This document shows positions 60,550-64,000 of a stretch of 64,000 nucleotides of DNA, piece by piece. The position numbers were made by a program, and so were the translations under genes. Position 1 is the stretch's first letter. Each line of letters begins with the position of its first letter. The stretch is from Monocercomonoides exilis PA203. Taxonomy: Eukaryota; Protista; Preaxostyla. The notes below the pieces were generated by a model. The model worked only from the letters and a program-made list of their open reading frames with translations. It did not search any database and was not told the DNA's origin. Location of the stretch: contig LSRY02000043.1 of assembly GCA_001643675.2 (NCBI GenBank), forward strand, positions 1 to 64,000, read 5' to 3'.

Positions 60550-62114
60550 ATGATCAATTTCGATCCAGAACCTATGTTAAAACATTCCTACAGTACCCAC
60601 AAGTTGTGCTTGTTGATGTTGAATGATGTTTATATTTTTGATATATTTTAACATTTCAAAAGAATTTCAATAAATTTTGAATAAATTTATAGTGAGCCAA
60701 GACGTGTTTATCGTCCAAATTTTTCTCAGACTGCAAAAGCGTTTGAATTTGAAAATTATTAGCATTTTTAGTTATTCTTTTACAGACCTGTCGGAAGACG
60801 GGCTCCAAGAATATGTGTAGGTTTAACAAATAGAGATTCTCCAGAAATTTCTGAGGTTTGGATTTTAAAGTTTTTTTATTGGAAATATTTGCAATATTTT
60901 AAAATTATTTTTCTTTTTTTTTTTAAGATTATGCAACCAGAGCTAACTCAAGAAGTTCATGGAATTGAAGCACCCTTGCATTTGCAAAGGTTCGAGCTTT
61001 CTCAAAGGTACAAACGGGAACAAACTGGAATTAACTCTGCAGCTCTTGGGAAAACAAAACGTCGTCCTTTGACTGAAAAACCAGCTGAAATTGATCCTGA
61101 CGTTGCCCACATATCGCCTGCACATGTTACACAGCTTTCTGTTTGCGCGTATTTCGGGAATTAAACATTTTTAAATTAATAAATTAAAATTTTGATTTTT
61201 CATTAGCCTTTTTTGAGAAGTGACAAAACTTTCAGCCTCAAAAATGCATTTGAAGAACAAAATCAATATATGAATTCACATGTTAACAGACGCGATCCTG
61301 CCATTGCTCCTTCACCCATTACATATGCACCAAGGTTTAAGAATAGAATGACAGAAAAGCTTTTCCATCCAGCTGATTCTGAAGCAACAGTGAAGACATC
61401 ATTTACACTTCAGCGCCCAACAGAAAGCGGATCAGCACCAACCTTATCTCGGTCAATAAATGATTCTTCTATTCAGACGTCGTCTGATGCGTTCTCTTCA
61501 AAAGCAAATGGTTCTTCAAACTCGTTTTCTTTTTCTGCTGCGCCTTTCGACGATCGCACAGTCCTCAGAAGTGTGCTTGTGGCAGGCAAAGAGCGCTCCC
61601 AGAAAGTTGTTTCGCCTGCTGTCGTGACAACCTCCAAGCCGCGGGGCGACAGGGCGCTCGAGCGAGGAAGAGCCTCGTCTGAGCCAAGAAGCACATCATC
61701 GGCTGACTCAGCTCCCTCAGAAACATCTCAAAGAAGGCGCTGGGGCACATCCAGCTCGTCTGCTTCAGCCCTTTCGTCTTCTGTTCTTTTGACTACTCCT
61801 CCTCTTTACTCCTCCTCCTCCTCTTCTTCTTCTTCAGCCACACCTTCTTCACTCACACTCACTCGCACTCGAGAAGTGCCTCATCCACCTCAAATGTGCC
61901 CTCCCACACGCTTCGAGCGGACAGACTATCATTCAACTTACTCGCTCACACAGCCTCCCGAAGGCGCTGCTGCAAGAGGCGTGGGAAAAGACGTGTACCA
62001 AACAACAATGCGCTCCAACTGGACAAGAAATATCGGGGCAGATGAAAAAGAAAAGGAGGTTTGGCTATTGTTTTTTGTTTGTTTCTTTTTTAATGAAGAA
62101 TTCTTTTTTTACTC

Positions 62115-62146
<32 letters not shown>

Positions 62147-62396
62147 GTATTGTTTTTGTGTTCCAATGTTATTTGTTGTCATTCCACAGATTTCTCGCCA
62201 CGAAAATCGGCTGAATCGGCGGAGGATGAACGAAGAGCGGGTGCTGTCGATGCATCAGCAGGAGGAAGCGAAGGGCGAGCAGCACCGAGACGCCCACCTG
62301 CGGAGATTCACAGAGCTGCAGAACCAGTACGAGATGCACGCGGCTGAGGCGGACCATCGGGTGGAGGCGGTGATGCGCGACAGGCAGTTGATGTAG
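60550..62396 (+). CDS. Hypothetical Ser-rich protein with C-terminal coiled coil, ~5 introns
   Basis: GT-AG splicing joins MINFDPEPMLKHSYSTHN/EPRRVYRPNFSQTAKA/PVGRRAPR...SE/IMQPEL.../PFLRSDK.../ISRHENRL...QLM* in frame. Start is 60550 or 60574. Confidence 0.7.
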
Positions 62397-62639
62397 ATGG
62401 TGTTTATGAATAAATTTGTGTTGTGATATTCTTTTGTTTTTATTATTTTAATTTTAAAAAAATAGAAAATCGATTATTTTTCTTCTTTAAACATTTCATC
62501 TATTTTTATTTGTAATTTCCTTTCTGTTTTTTGTTTTAATCAAAATAATAAAATAAAATTCATCCAAAAATTTCCGCACAATACTAAAACCTTAAAAAGA
62601 TTAATATTTTTCTCTCTGCACGGAACAGAAATATCCAAA

Positions 62640-62767
62640 TAGATAGAAAGAGAGAGAGAGAGAAAGAGAAAGAGAAAGAAAGAAAGAAAGAGAAAGAAAA
62701 AAAAAAAAAGAGAAAGAGAGAGAAAGAAAGAGAGAGAAAGAGAGAGAAAGAGAGAGAAAGAAAGAAA

Positions 62768-62826
<59 letters not shown>
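62640..62826. repeat. Compound (GA)n/(GAAA)n microsatellite between convergent genes
   Basis: Directly visible. Confidence 0.9.
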
Positions 62827-62827
<1 letters not shown>

Positions 62828-62899
62828 CATTTTAGATATTTATAATATCAATCACACAAGAATTCTAATGAAACAAAAAAACAGTTTTGTTTTGTTGTC

Positions 62900-63962
62900 T
62901 CAAAGATCTCTGTCAATTTCTTTCTCAATCGTTGTCTCTCCTCCATGTCCAGGAATTACACGGGTTTTCAAAGGAAGATTATGAAAAAGATAATTTAATG
63001 AGGTCTTTAATTCCGAAGACGATCCTCCCTAAAGCAAAAAAGATGAAACAATTATGAAAATAACATTATTATGTTAAAAGAAAGTCAAAAATTAGAAAAT
63101 CAAGTTTGTTAGAAAGAACCAAATAAATAAGCAATCAAACGGGAAGATCTGTTCGCCCTGTAATTGTCAATTATAATTCAAAAATTGTATATATATTTAC
63201 CAAAATAACACGTGCAGCATACCAACACTGTTAAAAAATCACAAAAATTATCAAATTCGATTAAAGAGAAAAAATCAATTTGGCTAATCAAACCCATTTC
63301 GAAACAAAGTATCTCCAGATGCAAGAGTATCTCCAAAGAGAAAGCAGCATGATCCTTTAATACGAAAAAAAAATTGAATTCTTTGCGTAAATATAGAAAA
63401 ATTACCTTTACTATGACCAGGAGTATGAATTATCTTTCCTTTGATAGATCCAAATGAAATCATATTATCCTTTGAATGTGACTCAACCTATATATGGTTA
63501 TATCAATAAAAGAAAAAATAAAAGAAAAAATTTGATACCTTTGCAATGCTCTTCAATTTTAGTTGTGAATACCCAAACATTTTTCTTTGGTCATTAACTT
63601 TGTAATACAACTCAAAATCATCTGGATGAAGAGATGCACTACAATTGTAAACACGCTGGAGCTCACCACTAGGATCTATATGATCAAAATGTCCATGTGT
63701 GTCTGAAATTATTTATTCATAATAAAAGTCGAAATAACAAAAGTTTCCCGCATACAAAGAACATGTTTGACATTAAGTGATTTTTTGTTAACTTCCTTTA
63801 TTATTTTATCTAAATTATGTGGGAAATGTACAGAGTTCTAAGTTTTAACTATTTACCTATTTTGTTGCTTGGATCAATAATTATTGAATCTCTTGTATTG
63901 GTGTCATACGCAATAATAGTATTTGATTGCAGGTACCCAATGGAAAGCACAATAAATTCCAT
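62900..63962 (-). CDS. Metallo-beta-lactamase-fold hydrolase, YcbL/GloC (glyoxalase II)-like; 8 exons, absent from the ORF track
   Basis: Spliced model MEFIVLSIGYLQSNT...IIIDP...YTHGHFDH...LHPDD...IHTPGHSKGSCCF...SGDTLFRNGVGRTDLPGGS...VIPGHGGETTIEKE*. All introns are GT-AG. Confidence 0.9.
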
Positions 63963-64000
63963 CTACAACTTATAAACACACAAAAATTTTCACTTTGATC

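Overview
Left end of a eukaryotic chromosome. It opens with about 2.7 kb of (CCCTAA)n telomere, followed by the 3' part of an LSU rRNA gene pointing toward the telomere. Next is an AT-rich subtelomere (~4-43 kb) with giant beta-helix surface-receptor genes (one intact with a pseudokinase tail, one broken by stops), decayed multigene-family copies, an intronless GT32-like glycosyltransferase and a dense nest of fold-back/MITE elements. The rest (~43.6-64 kb) is a compact, intron-rich housekeeping region: choline transporter-like, TSET subunit TSPOON/LOLITA-like, tRNA-Ser(GCT), ARF-like GTPase, Hsp20 and an MBL-fold glyoxalase II-like gene with 5-nt and 17-nt microexons. The standard genetic code, short GT-AG introns and the expanded gene families suggest an oxymonad such as Monocercomonoides (recognition from memory, not verified). 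Top leads: (1) a recurring 9-nt non-telomeric insert in the telomere tract, always in the same register, that may be telomerase read-through past the template boundary and would expose the telomerase RNA sequence; (2) palindromic elements with unrelated arms sharing one apex motif; (3) a 49/50-bp identical block at the ectodomain/transmembrane boundary of two otherwise diverged receptor genes. Coordinates and splice models were read by eye.
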